From positions 832,001 to 896,000 of the forward strand of contig CBDCQT010000012.1 in assembly GCA_965220745.1 (NCBI GenBank): a DNA stretch of 64,000 nucleotides, written 5' to 3'. The stretch is from Alphaproteobacteria bacterium. Lineage in GTDB: Bacteria; Pseudomonadota; Alphaproteobacteria; UBA828. This document shows positions 1 through 9,494 of this stretch, piece by piece; position 1 is the stretch's first letter, and every line of letters starts with the position of its first letter. A program made the translations under genes and the position numbers. The notes beneath the pieces were generated by a model. That model saw only the letters and a program-made list of their open reading frames with translations. It was not told the origin of the DNA and did no database searches.

Positions 1-298
1 TCGCGAGCACCTGATCGAGATGGTCGCGGCGGTAGAGCCGGCGGATGACGGCGACTTCGACGAGGGCGCCTGCTGCCGCCGCCGCCGCGAGGCTCGCCGC
101 GAGCCCCACCCAGTAGGAGCCGGTCGCGGCGGCCACTGCCGCGCAGGCGAAAGCGCCGATCATGTAGAACGAGCCGTGGGCGAGGTTGATGAGGCCCATG
201 ACGCCGAAGATCAGCGTCAGCCCTGCAGCCATCAGAAACAGCATGAAGCCGAACTGAAGGCCGTTCAGCAGCTGCTCGACGATGAGCGAGACCGTCAA
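1..298 (-). CDS. Branched-chain amino acid-type ABC transporter permease (LivH family), N-terminal part; runs off the window edge
   Basis: Manual translation from TTG at 298: MTVSLIVEQLLNGLQFGFMLFLMAAGLTLIFGVMGLINLAHGSFYMIG..., the typical LivH N-terminus. Not in the ORF track because it is truncated. Confidence 0.88.
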   Translation of the reverse strand, partial: MTVSLIVEQLLNGLQFGFMLFLMAAGLTLIFGVMGLINLAHGSFYMIGAFACAAVAAATGSYWVGLAASLAAAAAAGALVEVAVIRRLYRRDHLDQVLA

Positions 299-453
299 GT
301 TGGTGCCTCGGTCACGCGGATGGCCCGGCGACTGCTGACTCGCATCGAATGTCGGGAGCGGCCTTCCATACCCTTGCTTTCGACTTCGGACGCTTGCGGT
401 CCACTTAGCATCTTGAGCGCCGAACTAGGTAGGGCTTGCGTCGAACGCGCTCC

Positions 454-481
454 TTGCAGACAATCTAGTCAGACTGGTCAG
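454..481 (+). promoter_or_regulatory. Putative promoter/operator of the TA operon
   Basis: TTGCAG (454-459), then the palindrome AGTC-A-GACT (467-475) and a CT(A/G)GTCAG direct repeat, just upstream of a GGAG SD and the antitoxin ATG. Type II TA operons are usually autorepressed at such sites. Confidence 0.35.
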
Positions 482-492
482 GAGCATGTGAT

Positions 493-741
493 ATGGCGAC
501 ATGGCAGGTGCAGGAGGCCAAGGCGCGCTTCAGCGAATTGATGCGCGGTGCCGACGAGGCCGGGCCGCAGACGATCACCGTGCGAGGGCGGCGTGCAGCG
601 GTGCTCCTGTCCGCGAACGATTACGACCGTCTCCGCAGCCGAAAGCCCTCGTTGACCGCGTTCATGCGCGCTTCTCCGCTGGCGGGTATCGAGCTCACCG
701 TCGACCGCGACCAAACGCCGCCGCGCGATGTCGATCTGTGA
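493..741 (+). CDS. Phd/YefM-family antitoxin
   Basis: 82 aa, WQVQEAKARFSELM...GPQTITVRGRRAAVLLS; overlaps the toxin start (GTGA). Confidence 0.92.
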   Translation: MATWQVQEAKARFSELMRGADEAGPQTITVRGRRAAVLLSANDYDRLRSRKPSLTAFMRASPLAGIELTVDRDQTPPRDVDL

Positions 742-1151
742 GCTTCCTCGTCGACACCTGCGCGCTCTCCGAACTGGTCAGGCCGAAACCGTCGAGTGAC
801 GTCTGCGACTGGTTCGACGCCGCACCGCCGGAAGCGCTGTTCGTGAGTGTCCTGACGCTCGGCGAAATTCGGAAGGGCGTGGAGAAGCTCGAAGGCGGTC
901 GTCGACGCGCACAGATCGCCACTTGGCTCGAGACGGCGTTGCCTGCGTGGTTCGAAGACCGGGTCCTGCCGGTGGATGCCGGCGTCGCGGACGAATGGGG
1001 TCGTCTGGCGGCCCGCTTGCCCAAGCCGATTCCCGCCATCGACAGCCTCATCGCCGCGACCGCTATCCGGCACCGCCTCGCAATCGTCACGCGCAACGAA
1101 TCCGACTTCGCGACCACGGGAGTGGATATCTTGAACCCGTGGAAGAATTGA
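738..1151 (+). CDS. vapC: VapC-family PIN-domain toxin
   Basis: GTG start at 738: FLVDTCALSE...LGEIRKG...AIDSLIAATA...VTRNESDF...NPW; PIN acidic residues present. Confidence 0.92.
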   Translation: MSFLVDTCALSELVRPKPSSDVCDWFDAAPPEALFVSVLTLGEIRKGVEKLEGGRRRAQIATWLETALPAWFEDRVLPVDAGVADEWGRLAARLPKPIPAIDSLIAATAIRHRLAIVTRNESDFATTGVDILNPWKN

Positions 1152-1200
1152 GTGGTCAGAGAGCCCGGCCGTCTGCCACGGCATGAATCGCCAAGAACAT

Positions 1201-1231
1201 CGGAACGGGCCGCGTTGAGCGGCCCGTTCCG
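1201..1231. terminator. GC-rich hairpin (terminator or mRNA-stabilising stem)
   Basis: Perfect 13-bp inverted repeat CGGAACGGGCCGC-GTTGA-GCGGCCCGTTCCG between the convergent vapC and SBP genes; only a weak U-tract. Confidence 0.6.
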
Positions 1232-1245
1232 CCTGCTCGTGCAGG

Positions 1246-2385
1246 CTACATCTGGCAGGCGTCGATATAGGCGTTAGCGTGGTCGGTCATGGCCACGCCC
1301 ACGATCTTGTTGGTGTAGACATCGCCTTCCTTGATCACTTCGCGGACGTAGATGTCCTGGATCGGGTGGTGGTTGGGGGCGAAGGCGAAGTCGCCGCGGG
1401 TGGACTTGAAGTCCGCCGCCCTGAGCGCATCGCGGAACGCGTCGGCATCCGAGACGCTCGCCTTGCCCATGGCCGAGATCAGCAGGTTCGCCGTATCGAA
1501 GCCCTGGCTCGCATAGAGCGAGGGCAGCCGGCCGTATTCGGCTTGGAAGCTCTCGACGAAGGCCTTGTTGGTCGGATTGTCGATGTCCTTGTTCCACTGC
1601 GAGGTGTTCTTCACACCCATCGCCGCCTCGCCGACGGCCTGCAGGATGCCCTGGTCGAAGGAGAAGGCGGGGCCGACGAGCGGGATGTCGATGCCGGCCT
1701 GGGCATACTGCTTGAGGAAGGCGATGCCCATGCCGCCTGGCAGGAAGAAGTACACGCTGTCGGCACCCGAGGCCCGGATCTGCGCAATCTCCGGCGCGTA
1801 TTCGTTCGCGCCCAGCTTGGTGTAGACCTCGTCGGCGACGGCGCCTTTATAGAAGCGCTTGTAGCCGGTCAGCATGTCGCGGCCAGCGGGATAGTTGGGC
1901 GCGAGGAGGAAGCTGTTGCTGTAGCCGGCGTCGTTCGCGTAGCCGCCGGCGGCCTCGGCCAGATTGTCGTTCTGCCAGGCGACGTTGAAGTAGTTCTCGT
2001 GGCAGCGTTCGCCGGCAAGCAGCGAGGGCCCCGCGTTGGGCGAGAGGTAGAACTTGCCCTGCTGCACCACTGCCGGCACGACGGCGATGGCGAGGTTCGA
2101 CCAGATGATGCCGGTCAGCACGTCGACCTTGTCGCTTTGAACCATCTTGTCGGCGAGCTGGACGGCGATATCCGGCTTGCGCTGGTCGTCCTCCACGATC
2201 ACCTCGATGTCGGCACCGGCTTGCTTGACGGCGAGCATGAAGGCGTCGCGCACGTCGATGCCGAGGCTGGCACCGCCGCCGGAGAGTGTCGTGATCATGC
2301 CGACCTTGAGGGTCTCGGCATGGGCAGCCGTTGCCAGCGCCATCGCTGCAACCGCCACTGTCAGCAGGCTGAGTGATTTTCTCAT
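1246..2385 (-). CDS. ABC transporter substrate-binding protein (LivJ/Peripla_BP_6 type)
   Basis: Signal peptide MRKSLSLLTVAVAAMALATAAHA; KVGMITTLSGG, EDDQRKPD, APNYPAG; same strand as the permease. Confidence 0.9.
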   Translation of the reverse strand: MRKSLSLLTVAVAAMALATAAHAETLKVGMITTLSGGGASLGIDVRDAFMLAVKQAGADIEVIVEDDQRKPDIAVQLADKMVQSDKVDVLTGIIWSNLAIAVVPAVVQQGKFYLSPNAGPSLLAGERCHENYFNVAWQNDNLAEAAGGYANDAGYSNSFLLAPNYPAGRDMLTGYKRFYKGAVADEVYTKLGANEYAPEIAQIRASGADSVYFFLPGGMGIAFLKQYAQAGIDIPLVGPAFSFDQGILQAVGEAAMGVKNTSQWNKDIDNPTNKAFVESFQAEYGRLPSLYASQGFDTANLLISAMGKASVSDADAFRDALRAADFKSTRGDFAFAPNHHPIQDIYVREVIKEGDVYTNKIVGVAMTDHANAYIDACQM

Positions 2386-2436
2386 GGGTCTTGGCCTCCC
2401 GTGGTGTGTCTTCGTCCAATCAGTCTAGGGGAGCAG

Positions 2437-3885
2437 TCACGCGCCCGCGTTGACCGGGGGCAAGCGATCCGCCCAGGGTTGTGCCCGTTCAAGCTGGCCG
2501 GCGAGGCGGAACAGCAGCGCCTCGTCGAGGTCGCGCCCGACCAGCTGGGAGCCCACCGGCACGCCGTCGGCGGTCCAGTGCAGCGGCAGCGAAATGCCCG
2601 GAAGCCCGGTCGCGTTGAAAGGCTGGGTGAAGGCGCAATCCGGTCCCATGATGTTCGCGTTGTAGTCGTCACAATCGCGCGACATGTCGTAGTAGCCGAT
2701 CTTGCGCGCCACCATCGGCACCACCGGGCATAGCCATGCGTCGTAGGCGGCCATTCGGCCCACGATGTCGCGGCACATGGCGCGGAGTTGTGCCACGTCG
2801 TTGTGATGGTCGACGCCGGAGATGCCGCGGCCCCGCTGGATCGTCGTCCAATAGAGGTTCTCGGTTTCGTCCTGCCTGAGCGTGTGGCCGACGAGCTCGG
2901 CGGAGCCATCGAACCAGGCCGCCGTGACCACGGCGCCGATCCGCATGTAGCAGTCGTAGAGCGGCCAAAAGTCGTAGGGCACCGTCTCGGGCGTGACTCG
3001 GTGGCCCAGGCTCTCCAGCAGCCTCCCGGTGTTCTCGATCCCTTCGCGCACCTCGGCGTCCACCGGAGTGCAGCCGTCGGGCGAGGCCGTGACCATGGCG
3101 ATCGAGAGGGAGCCGGGGTCCTTGCCGATCTCGTCGAGGTAGGGGGTCTCCGGCATGACCGCGTAGTAGGGATCGCCGCGCATAGGGCCGCCCACGGTGT
3201 CGAAGAAAGCCGCCGTGTCGCGCACGCTGCGCGAGACGCAGAGGAAGGTCACGCCGCCGTACCAGAAGTCTGCACCCGGCGCCATCGTGATGCGCCCGCG
3301 CGCGGGCTTGAGCCCGACGAGGCCGGAGTGGCAGGCGGGCGTGCGGATCGAGCCGCCGCCGTCGCTCGCCTCGGCCAAGGGCAGCACGCGGGCCGCCACC
3401 GCCGCCGCCGAGCCGCCGGAGGAGCCGCCGGGCGTGCGCGTCGTGTCCCAGGGATTGACCGTCGGGCCATACATCTTGGGCTCGGTGGAGAGCGCCCAGC
3501 CGGCCTCGGGCGAGTTGGACTTGCCGAGCAGCACGAAGCCCGCCTGCTTGACGCGCCTGACCTGCTCGTTGTCGCTGGTCGAGACGACATCCTTGAAGTA
3601 GGGGCAGGCATTGGTGTTCTGCAGGCCGGTCCAGTCGGTCGCGATCTCCTTCACCAGCCAGGGGACGCCCTTGAAGGGGCCGTCGGGCAGCGCCGGGTCG
3701 GCCGCCATCTCGCGGCCTTCCTCGTAGGCCTTGTAGGTGAGGAAGTTGAGCGTGCCGTTGACCGCCTCGGCGCGGCGGATCGCCTCTTCGAGCACCTCGC
3801 CCGCCGAGACCTCTCCCGACTTGACCAGGGCGGCGAGCCCCACGCCATCGAGTGAGCCGTAAGCCTCGGAAATCCCGCCCGTCAT
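2437..3885 (-). CDS. Amidase-signature family amidase
   Basis: GVPWLVKE (Lys), GGSSGGS and SDGGGSIR motifs give an intact Ser-cisSer-Lys triad. Confidence 0.92.
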   Translation of the reverse strand: MTGGISEAYGSLDGVGLAALVKSGEVSAGEVLEEAIRRAEAVNGTLNFLTYKAYEEGREMAADPALPDGPFKGVPWLVKEIATDWTGLQNTNACPYFKDVVSTSDNEQVRRVKQAGFVLLGKSNSPEAGWALSTEPKMYGPTVNPWDTTRTPGGSSGGSAAAVAARVLPLAEASDGGGSIRTPACHSGLVGLKPARGRITMAPGADFWYGGVTFLCVSRSVRDTAAFFDTVGGPMRGDPYYAVMPETPYLDEIGKDPGSLSIAMVTASPDGCTPVDAEVREGIENTGRLLESLGHRVTPETVPYDFWPLYDCYMRIGAVVTAAWFDGSAELVGHTLRQDETENLYWTTIQRGRGISGVDHHNDVAQLRAMCRDIVGRMAAYDAWLCPVVPMVARKIGYYDMSRDCDDYNANIMGPDCAFTQPFNATGLPGISLPLHWTADGVPVGSQLVGRDLDEALLFRLAGQLERAQPWADRLPPVNAGA

Positions 3886-3992
3886 GCGTCCTCTCCCTGC
3901 ATCATGCGATCGTGCCCAAGTGCCTGCTTGTTATCGCACGCCGGGCGCAGGCGTGACACCCTCGGCCTGACTGGGGGGCTCTCGCCGTTCCT

Positions 3993-6900
3993 TCAGGCCG
4001 GTGCCGGTTGGCGTGCCGCGCCGGAGCGTTCGGCCCGCAGCTTGCGGGTCGCCTCCTCGTCGAGCCGCATCGGCTCGGGCTCGATCACGACGCCGTAGTC
4101 GTCCCGCGCGCGCTCGATGGTGGTGAAGCCGTCGAACACGTCCGAGAGCACCAGCGCCGGATCGCGCTCCAGCGGATCGCCGTAGCCGCCCGAGTTCGGC
4201 ACCGTGATCTCGATGCTGTCGCCGGCGGCGAGCCGGAAGCCGGTGAACTTGGAGGGCCACGCCTCCTCGTCCGCGCCGCCCCGGTTGCGGACCACGGAGG
4301 CGTTCAGGCCCGCCATGCCGCCGAAGACGCCCCAGGGCTCGTCGGATTCGTGCCGCTCCCCCTCGCAGGTGACGATGGTGTCCACCAGCATCCTGTTGAC
4401 CCGCACCATGCCGATGCCGCCCCGCCACTTGCCGGCAGCACAGGCCTCGTTGCGCAGCTCGTAGCGCTCGGTGCGGATCGGGAAGCGCCACTCCAGCTCC
4501 TCGATCGGGTTGTTGCGGGTGTTGGCGATGAGGCAATCCACGGCGTCCATGCCGTCTCGGTCCGGACGGCCGCCGTAGGAGCCTTCGTCCACCTCCAGGT
4601 AGACCCAGTACTCGCCCTGATCGGCGTCGAAGCCGGAGTAGGAGATGAAGTGCAGGTGTGCCGAGTTGCCCGCGGTCACCCGCTCAGGCACCACCGGGGC
4701 GAGCGCGCGCAGCACCAGATCGACCGCGCGCTGCACCTGGCAGAAGCGGGCGAAGCAGGAGCGCGGGAAGTTGGGGTTGAAGATCGAGCCCTTGGGCGCG
4801 ATGACGTTGATCGGCCGGGTCATGCCCTCGTTCTGCGGCACGTAGACCGGGTGGGTCACGGTATCGAGGAAGATCATCCGCGTGATGAAGGACATGGCGG
4901 AGCAGGTCGTGCCCTCGAAGGGCACGTTGTAGCCGGTCGGCACCTCGTCGCTGGAGCCGGTGAGGTCGTAGGTGATCTCGTCGCCTTCGATGATCACCTT
5001 GACCTTGACCGGCAGCTTGCGGCCCCGGTTGACCCCGTCGTCGTCGAGATAACCCAATGCGGTCTCGTACTCGCCGTCGGGAATCTTGGCGATCTCGCGG
5101 CGCAGCATCTGCTCCGAATAGGTCATCCAGTGCTGGCCCGCCGCATCGACGGCGGCCCGTCCGTAACGCTCAATCAGGTCGAGGTAGCGCCGTTTGGCAA
5201 GCTCGCAGGCCGCGATCATTGCCTGGATATCGCCCTCGTTGGGCGTCGGCGTGCGCATGTTCTCCAGGATGTGCTTCCAGAGCCCGTCCTGCCGCACGCC
5301 TTTCACCGCCAGCTTCACGGCGCGGTAGATGTTGCCCTCGGCGTAGATGTCGACCGCGTTGATGTTGAGCCCCGGATAAGCGCCGCCGATGTCGAGCAGG
5401 TGGGCGGACGCGCCTGCGAATCCCACCAGCTCGCCCCGGTCGTAGATCGGCATCACGATGGCGCAGTCCGGCGAGTGCGTGGCCCCGTAGTAGGGGTCGT
5501 TGTGGAAGATGATGTCGCCTTCGTGGATGTCGCCATCGAGCAGCTCGATGACGTTCTGGACGATGCGCGGCATCGCGCCCATGAACATCGGCGTCGATTC
5601 CGATTCCGCCAGCATGAGGCCGTCGCGGTCGAAGATGCCCGCGCCGAGGTCTTCCGATTCGCGGATGATCGAGGAATAGGACATGCGGTAGAGCACGCCA
5701 GCCATCTCCTGAGCGATGGCGGTGAACGCGCCGCCGATGACGCGCTGCATGATCGGCGTCGCCAGGTCGTGCCCGTGCTGTGCCACCGCGCCAGCGCAAT
5801 CGATCACGATGTTGCCCCGCGCATCGATCGCCGCCTCGCAGCGGGGCGGGATTACCACGGTCGTATCGTACTGCTCGACGATGGCAGGGCCCGCGATGCG
5901 GTCGCCGGCGCGGAGCGCGGCGCGGTCGTAGAACGGCGTCTCGTGGGTCTCGCCCTTGCCCTCGACCTCGAACACAACGGGCTGGCGCAGCAGCGGCGTC
6001 GGCGCGCCATCGCCGCTCTCGATCTCCGGCCAGTCGAGGTCGGGGATGCGGCCGATGGCGACGGCCCGGATATTGATGATCTCGACGGGGGCATCGAAGC
6101 GATGGCCGTACTCGGCATCGTGTGCGCGATGGAAGCGCTCGGCCAGCTCCTCGACCCAGGCGTCGTCGATCTCGCCCGCCGGTGCGTCGAAGCGCACCTC
6201 GTAGCCCTGGCCGGCGTAGCGGCAATCGGCGAGGCGGCGGATCAGGCGGTCGCCCTCGGGCACGCCGTCGGCCTCCAGCCGCGCCAGCGCCAGGCTAGTC
6301 AGCGCTTCGAAGCGCGCGGCGAGATGGGCGCGGTCGAGCGTCGCCAGCGGCTGGCGCTCGGTGGTGACGAACTCGTGCTGCATGTCGGTGGCCAGCAGCC
6401 CGGTGGCCGAAAGGATGCCCGGATGCGGCGGCACCAGCACGCGCGGAATCTCAAGCTCCACCGCGATATCGCAGGCGAAGAGCGGGCCCGCGCCGCCGGC
6501 AGCAACGAGGGTGAAGTCACGGGGATCGTAGCCGCGCCGCACGCTGTTGAGCTCGATGGCCTGCACCATGCTGAACTTCTGGATCTGGAGCGCGCCGAGC
6601 GCGGTCTCCTCCAGCGACATGTCGAGCGTGCCGGCGAGCCCCTGCAGCGCGTTCTGGGCGAGGTCCGCGTGCAGGGTCATGCTGCCGCCGACGAGGCCGC
6701 GGTCGGTGCGGAGCCGGCCGAGCGCGACCTGCGCGTCGGTGGAGGTGGGCTCGGCTCCGCCGCGTCCGTAGCAGGCGGGGCCTGGGTCCGCGCCGGCGGA
6801 TTGCGGGCCGACCCGGTAGATGCCGCCCTCGTCGACATAGGCGATGGAGCCGCCGCCGGCGCCGATGGTGTCGATATCGACCATCGGGATCATGGCCTGG

Positions 6901-7856
6901 TAATCGCCGACCTTGGTGTCGAGCAGGTGGCGCATCCTGAGCGCGCCGCCGGCGGCCACGCCGATATCGGCGGACGTGCCGCCGATATCCAGCGTGAACA
7001 CGTTGTCGTAGCCGGCCATCTTGCCGGCCCAGATGCCGCCGATCAGCCCTGCCACCGGCCCCGACATCATCAGGTTGACCGGGCCGCCGGTCGCGCTGTC
7101 TGCGGTGGTCATGCCGCCGGAGGACTGCATGAGGCGGACGCCGCGCGCGAGCCCCGCGTCCTTCAGGCCGGACTCCAGCCGCCCGACGTAGCTCCCGACC
7201 CTGGGGCCCACGTAGGCGTTGAGGCAGGTGGTGGAGAAGCGCTCGAACTCGCGGTAGAGCGGCAGCACCTCGCTGGAGACCGAGAGGTAGGCGTCGGGAC
7301 ACTCCTCCTGAAGGATTTGCTTGATGCGCTGCTCGTGCGCGGGGTTGAGGTAGGCGTGCAGCAGGCAGACGGCGATGGCGTCCACGCCCGCCTCGCGCAG
7401 CGTGCTCGCTCGCTCGCGCACTTCCGCCTCGTCCAGCGGCACGATGATCTCGCCCTTGGGTGCGGTGACCCGCTCCTTGACCGTGAGCCGGTGGCGGCGC
7501 CTGACCAGCGGGCGCGACTGCCACGGCAGCTCCTGCTGGAGCGAGAAGTTGTGCGGCTTCTTGTGGCGCGCGATGTGGAGGATGTCGCGGAAGCCCTCGG
7601 TTGTGATCAGGCCGACTTCGGCGCCCTTGTGCTCGATGGCGATGTTGGTCGCCACGGTGGTGCCGTGCAGCAGCAGGTCCACCGCCTCCAGGCTGACCCC
7701 GGCCTTGCCGCAGAGCGCGTCCACGCCCGTCATCACCGCCCGCGCCGGATCGTCCGGCGTGGACGGCACCTTGTCGACCGTGATCGCCCCTGCCGCCTCG
7801 TCGACCAGAATCAGGTCCGTGAAGGTACCGCCGACATCCACTCCGATGCGCCGCAT
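3993..7856 (-). CDS. Fused hydantoinase A + hydantoinase B/oxoprolinase (ATP-dependent cyclic amide hydrolase)
   Basis: 1287 aa. A half: DVGGTFTD, HGTTVATN, SGPVAG, DIGGTSAD, GAGGGS. B half: SSIIRESED, NDPYYGATHSPD, AHLLDIGG, GGYGDP. Confidence 0.93.
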   Translation of the reverse strand: MRRIGVDVGGTFTDLILVDEAAGAITVDKVPSTPDDPARAVMTGVDALCGKAGVSLEAVDLLLHGTTVATNIAIEHKGAEVGLITTEGFRDILHIARHKKPHNFSLQQELPWQSRPLVRRRHRLTVKERVTAPKGEIIVPLDEAEVRERASTLREAGVDAIAVCLLHAYLNPAHEQRIKQILQEECPDAYLSVSSEVLPLYREFERFSTTCLNAYVGPRVGSYVGRLESGLKDAGLARGVRLMQSSGGMTTADSATGGPVNLMMSGPVAGLIGGIWAGKMAGYDNVFTLDIGGTSADIGVAAGGALRMRHLLDTKVGDYQAMIPMVDIDTIGAGGGSIAYVDEGGIYRVGPQSAGADPGPACYGRGGAEPTSTDAQVALGRLRTDRGLVGGSMTLHADLAQNALQGLAGTLDMSLEETALGALQIQKFSMVQAIELNSVRRGYDPRDFTLVAAGGAGPLFACDIAVELEIPRVLVPPHPGILSATGLLATDMQHEFVTTERQPLATLDRAHLAARFEALTSLALARLEADGVPEGDRLIRRLADCRYAGQGYEVRFDAPAGEIDDAWVEELAERFHRAHDAEYGHRFDAPVEIINIRAVAIGRIPDLDWPEIESGDGAPTPLLRQPVVFEVEGKGETHETPFYDRAALRAGDRIAGPAIVEQYDTTVVIPPRCEAAIDARGNIVIDCAGAVAQHGHDLATPIMQRVIGGAFTAIAQEMAGVLYRMSYSSIIRESEDLGAGIFDRDGLMLAESESTPMFMGAMPRIVQNVIELLDGDIHEGDIIFHNDPYYGATHSPDCAIVMPIYDRGELVGFAGASAHLLDIGGAYPGLNINAVDIYAEGNIYRAVKLAVKGVRQDGLWKHILENMRTPTPNEGDIQAMIAACELAKRRYLDLIERYGRAAVDAAGQHWMTYSEQMLRREIAKIPDGEYETALGYLDDDGVNRGRKLPVKVKVIIEGDEITYDLTGSSDEVPTGYNVPFEGTTCSAMSFITRMIFLDTVTHPVYVPQNEGMTRPINVIAPKGSIFNPNFPRSCFARFCQVQRAVDLVLRALAPVVPERVTAGNSAHLHFISYSGFDADQGEYWVYLEVDEGSYGGRPDRDGMDAVDCLIANTRNNPIEELEWRFPIRTERYELRNEACAAGKWRGGIGMVRVNRMLVDTIVTCEGERHESDEPWGVFGGMAGLNASVVRNRGGADEEAWPSKFTGFRLAAGDSIEITVPNSGGYGDPLERDPALVLSDVFDGFTTIERARDDYGVVIEPEPMRLDEEATRKLRAERSGAARQPAPA

Positions 7857-8071
7857 GGCTCCTCTCCCTCGAACGCCGGTGTCGCCGCATCTTCGCCGAC
7901 ACCTGCGCCGGCGACAATCACTATGGGATTAGATCGTCGCAAACGAAGGAGTTGATGCACTTGCGCTCGGCGTGAAATGGCACCCTGTAACGGGTTGATG
8001 TCGTCGCCACGTGACGGTTGAAGGTCGCCTGCAAGCCAGCGGGTCTCCGCCAACGGGCGAGCATCGTCACG

Positions 8072-9472
8072 ATGTTCCTGAGCGTCTTCGACATCTTCAA
8101 GGTCGGCATCGGCCCGTCTTCGTCCCACACCATGGGGCCGATGGCGGCGGCCGAGGCCTTCCTCGCGCTACTGGCGGAGCGGGTCGCGACGGATCCGCCT
8201 CCCGATTCATGGCTGCGCATTCACGTCTCGCTCCATGGCTCGTTGGCCTTCACCGGCAGGGGCCATGCGACGGACCGGGCAATCGTGTTCGGACTGCTCG
8301 GCCATCGCGCGGGCGACATCGACATCGACAAGGCCGAGGGCGACGTGGCGGTCCTCAGGCAGAGCAGACACCTGCCGCCGCTCGGCGGCATCACCCTCGC
8401 GTTCGATCCGCATCACCACATCTTTTTCGATTATGGCCCGCCGCTTCCGGGCCATCCCAACGGCATGGAGTTCCACGCGATCGATGCCGAGGGCGTGGGC
8501 TATCTGAGCCAAATCTACTATTCGATCGGCGGCGGTTTCATCGTGACGGCCGAGGAGCTCGCAGGCGGCCCGGCGGGCGCTGGCGACGATGCGGACGCGC
8601 AGGTCCCGTTCCCGTTCGAAAACGCCGCCTCCATGCTTCGAATGGCGGAGGAGAGCGGCAACTCCATCGCCCAGATGATGCTGGCGAACGAGCGCGCCCT
8701 CCGCTCCGACGCCGAGGTCGATGCCGGGCTTGCGGCGCTCTGGGCTGCCATGGACGCTTGCATTGATCGCGGGCTCGCGCGCCAGGGTGAGCTCCCCGGC
8801 GGGCTACGCGTGAAGCGGCGGGCGAGCGCGCTGTTCGAGCAGTTGTGTGACGAGCAGGGCTCCAACAGCGCCCAGCCGCACGTCTATGCCGACTGGCTCA
8901 CTGTCTACGCCATGGCAGTCAACGAGGAGAATGCCGGCGGGGGCAAGGTGGTCACGGCGCCGACCAACGGTGCCGCCGGCGTGATTCCGGCCGTGGTGCG
9001 CTACTACCTAGACCATTGCATAGACGCCGAAAGAGCGCGGGTCGGGGAATTCCTGCTCACCGCTGCGGCGATCGGCGGTCTGATCAAGTCCAACGCGTCG
9101 ATCTCCGGCGCCGATGCCGGCTGCCAGGCGGAGGTCGGCTCCGCCGCCGCCATGGCCGCCGCCGGTCTCTGCGCGGTGCTCGACGGCACGCCGGCTCAGG
9201 TGGAGAACGCGGCCGAGATCGCGCTGGAGCACCATCTCGGCATGACCTGCGATCCGGTCGCCGGCCTGGTCCAGGTGCCCTGCATCGAGCGCAACGGCAT
9301 CGGCGCGACCAAGGCCGTCACCGCCGCGTCGCTCGCGTTGCGGGGCGATGGCACCCACTTCATGCCGCTCGACAACTGCATCCAGGCTATGCGCGAGACC
9401 GGGCGGGAGATGAGCGCCAAGTTCAAGGAAACCAGCCTCGGCGGCCTGGCTGTGAACATGCCGGAGTGCTGA
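8072..9472 (+). CDS. sdaA: L-serine ammonia-lyase (Fe-S dependent)
   Basis: [59 protein letters not shown]-terminal Cys. Confidence 0.95.
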   Translation: MFLSVFDIFKVGIGPSSSHTMGPMAAAEAFLALLAERVATDPPPDSWLRIHVSLHGSLAFTGRGHATDRAIVFGLLGHRAGDIDIDKAEGDVAVLRQSRHLPPLGGITLAFDPHHHIFFDYGPPLPGHPNGMEFHAIDAEGVGYLSQIYYSIGGGFIVTAEELAGGPAGAGDDADAQVPFPFENAASMLRMAEESGNSIAQMMLANERALRSDAEVDAGLAALWAAMDACIDRGLARQGELPGGLRVKRRASALFEQLCDEQGSNSAQPHVYADWLTVYAMAVNEENAGGGKVVTAPTNGAAGVIPAVVRYYLDHCIDAERARVGEFLLTAAAIGGLIKSNASISGADAGCQAEVGSAAAMAAAGLCAVLDGTPAQVENAAEIALEHHLGMTCDPVAGLVQVPCIERNGIGATKAVTAASLALRGDGTHFMPLDNCIQAMRETGREMSAKFKETSLGGLAVNMPEC

Positions 9473-9494
9473 ACCTATCCGCCTTTGTTGATCG

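Noticed and set aside
4008-7955. Very long antisense or alternate-frame ORFs (e.g. 1315 aa at 4008-7955+, 792 aa at 11186-13564+, 684 aa at 24108-26162-, 638 aa at 18802-20718-)
   Set aside because: They shadow well-supported genes and lack recognisable motifs. Stop-free antisense frames are expected with high-GC codon bias.
7857-8071. Sigma-54 promoter or riboswitch in the divergent hydantoinase/sdaA spacer (TGGCAC near 7978)
   Set aside because: No TTGC at the correct -12 spacing and no recognisable aptamer.
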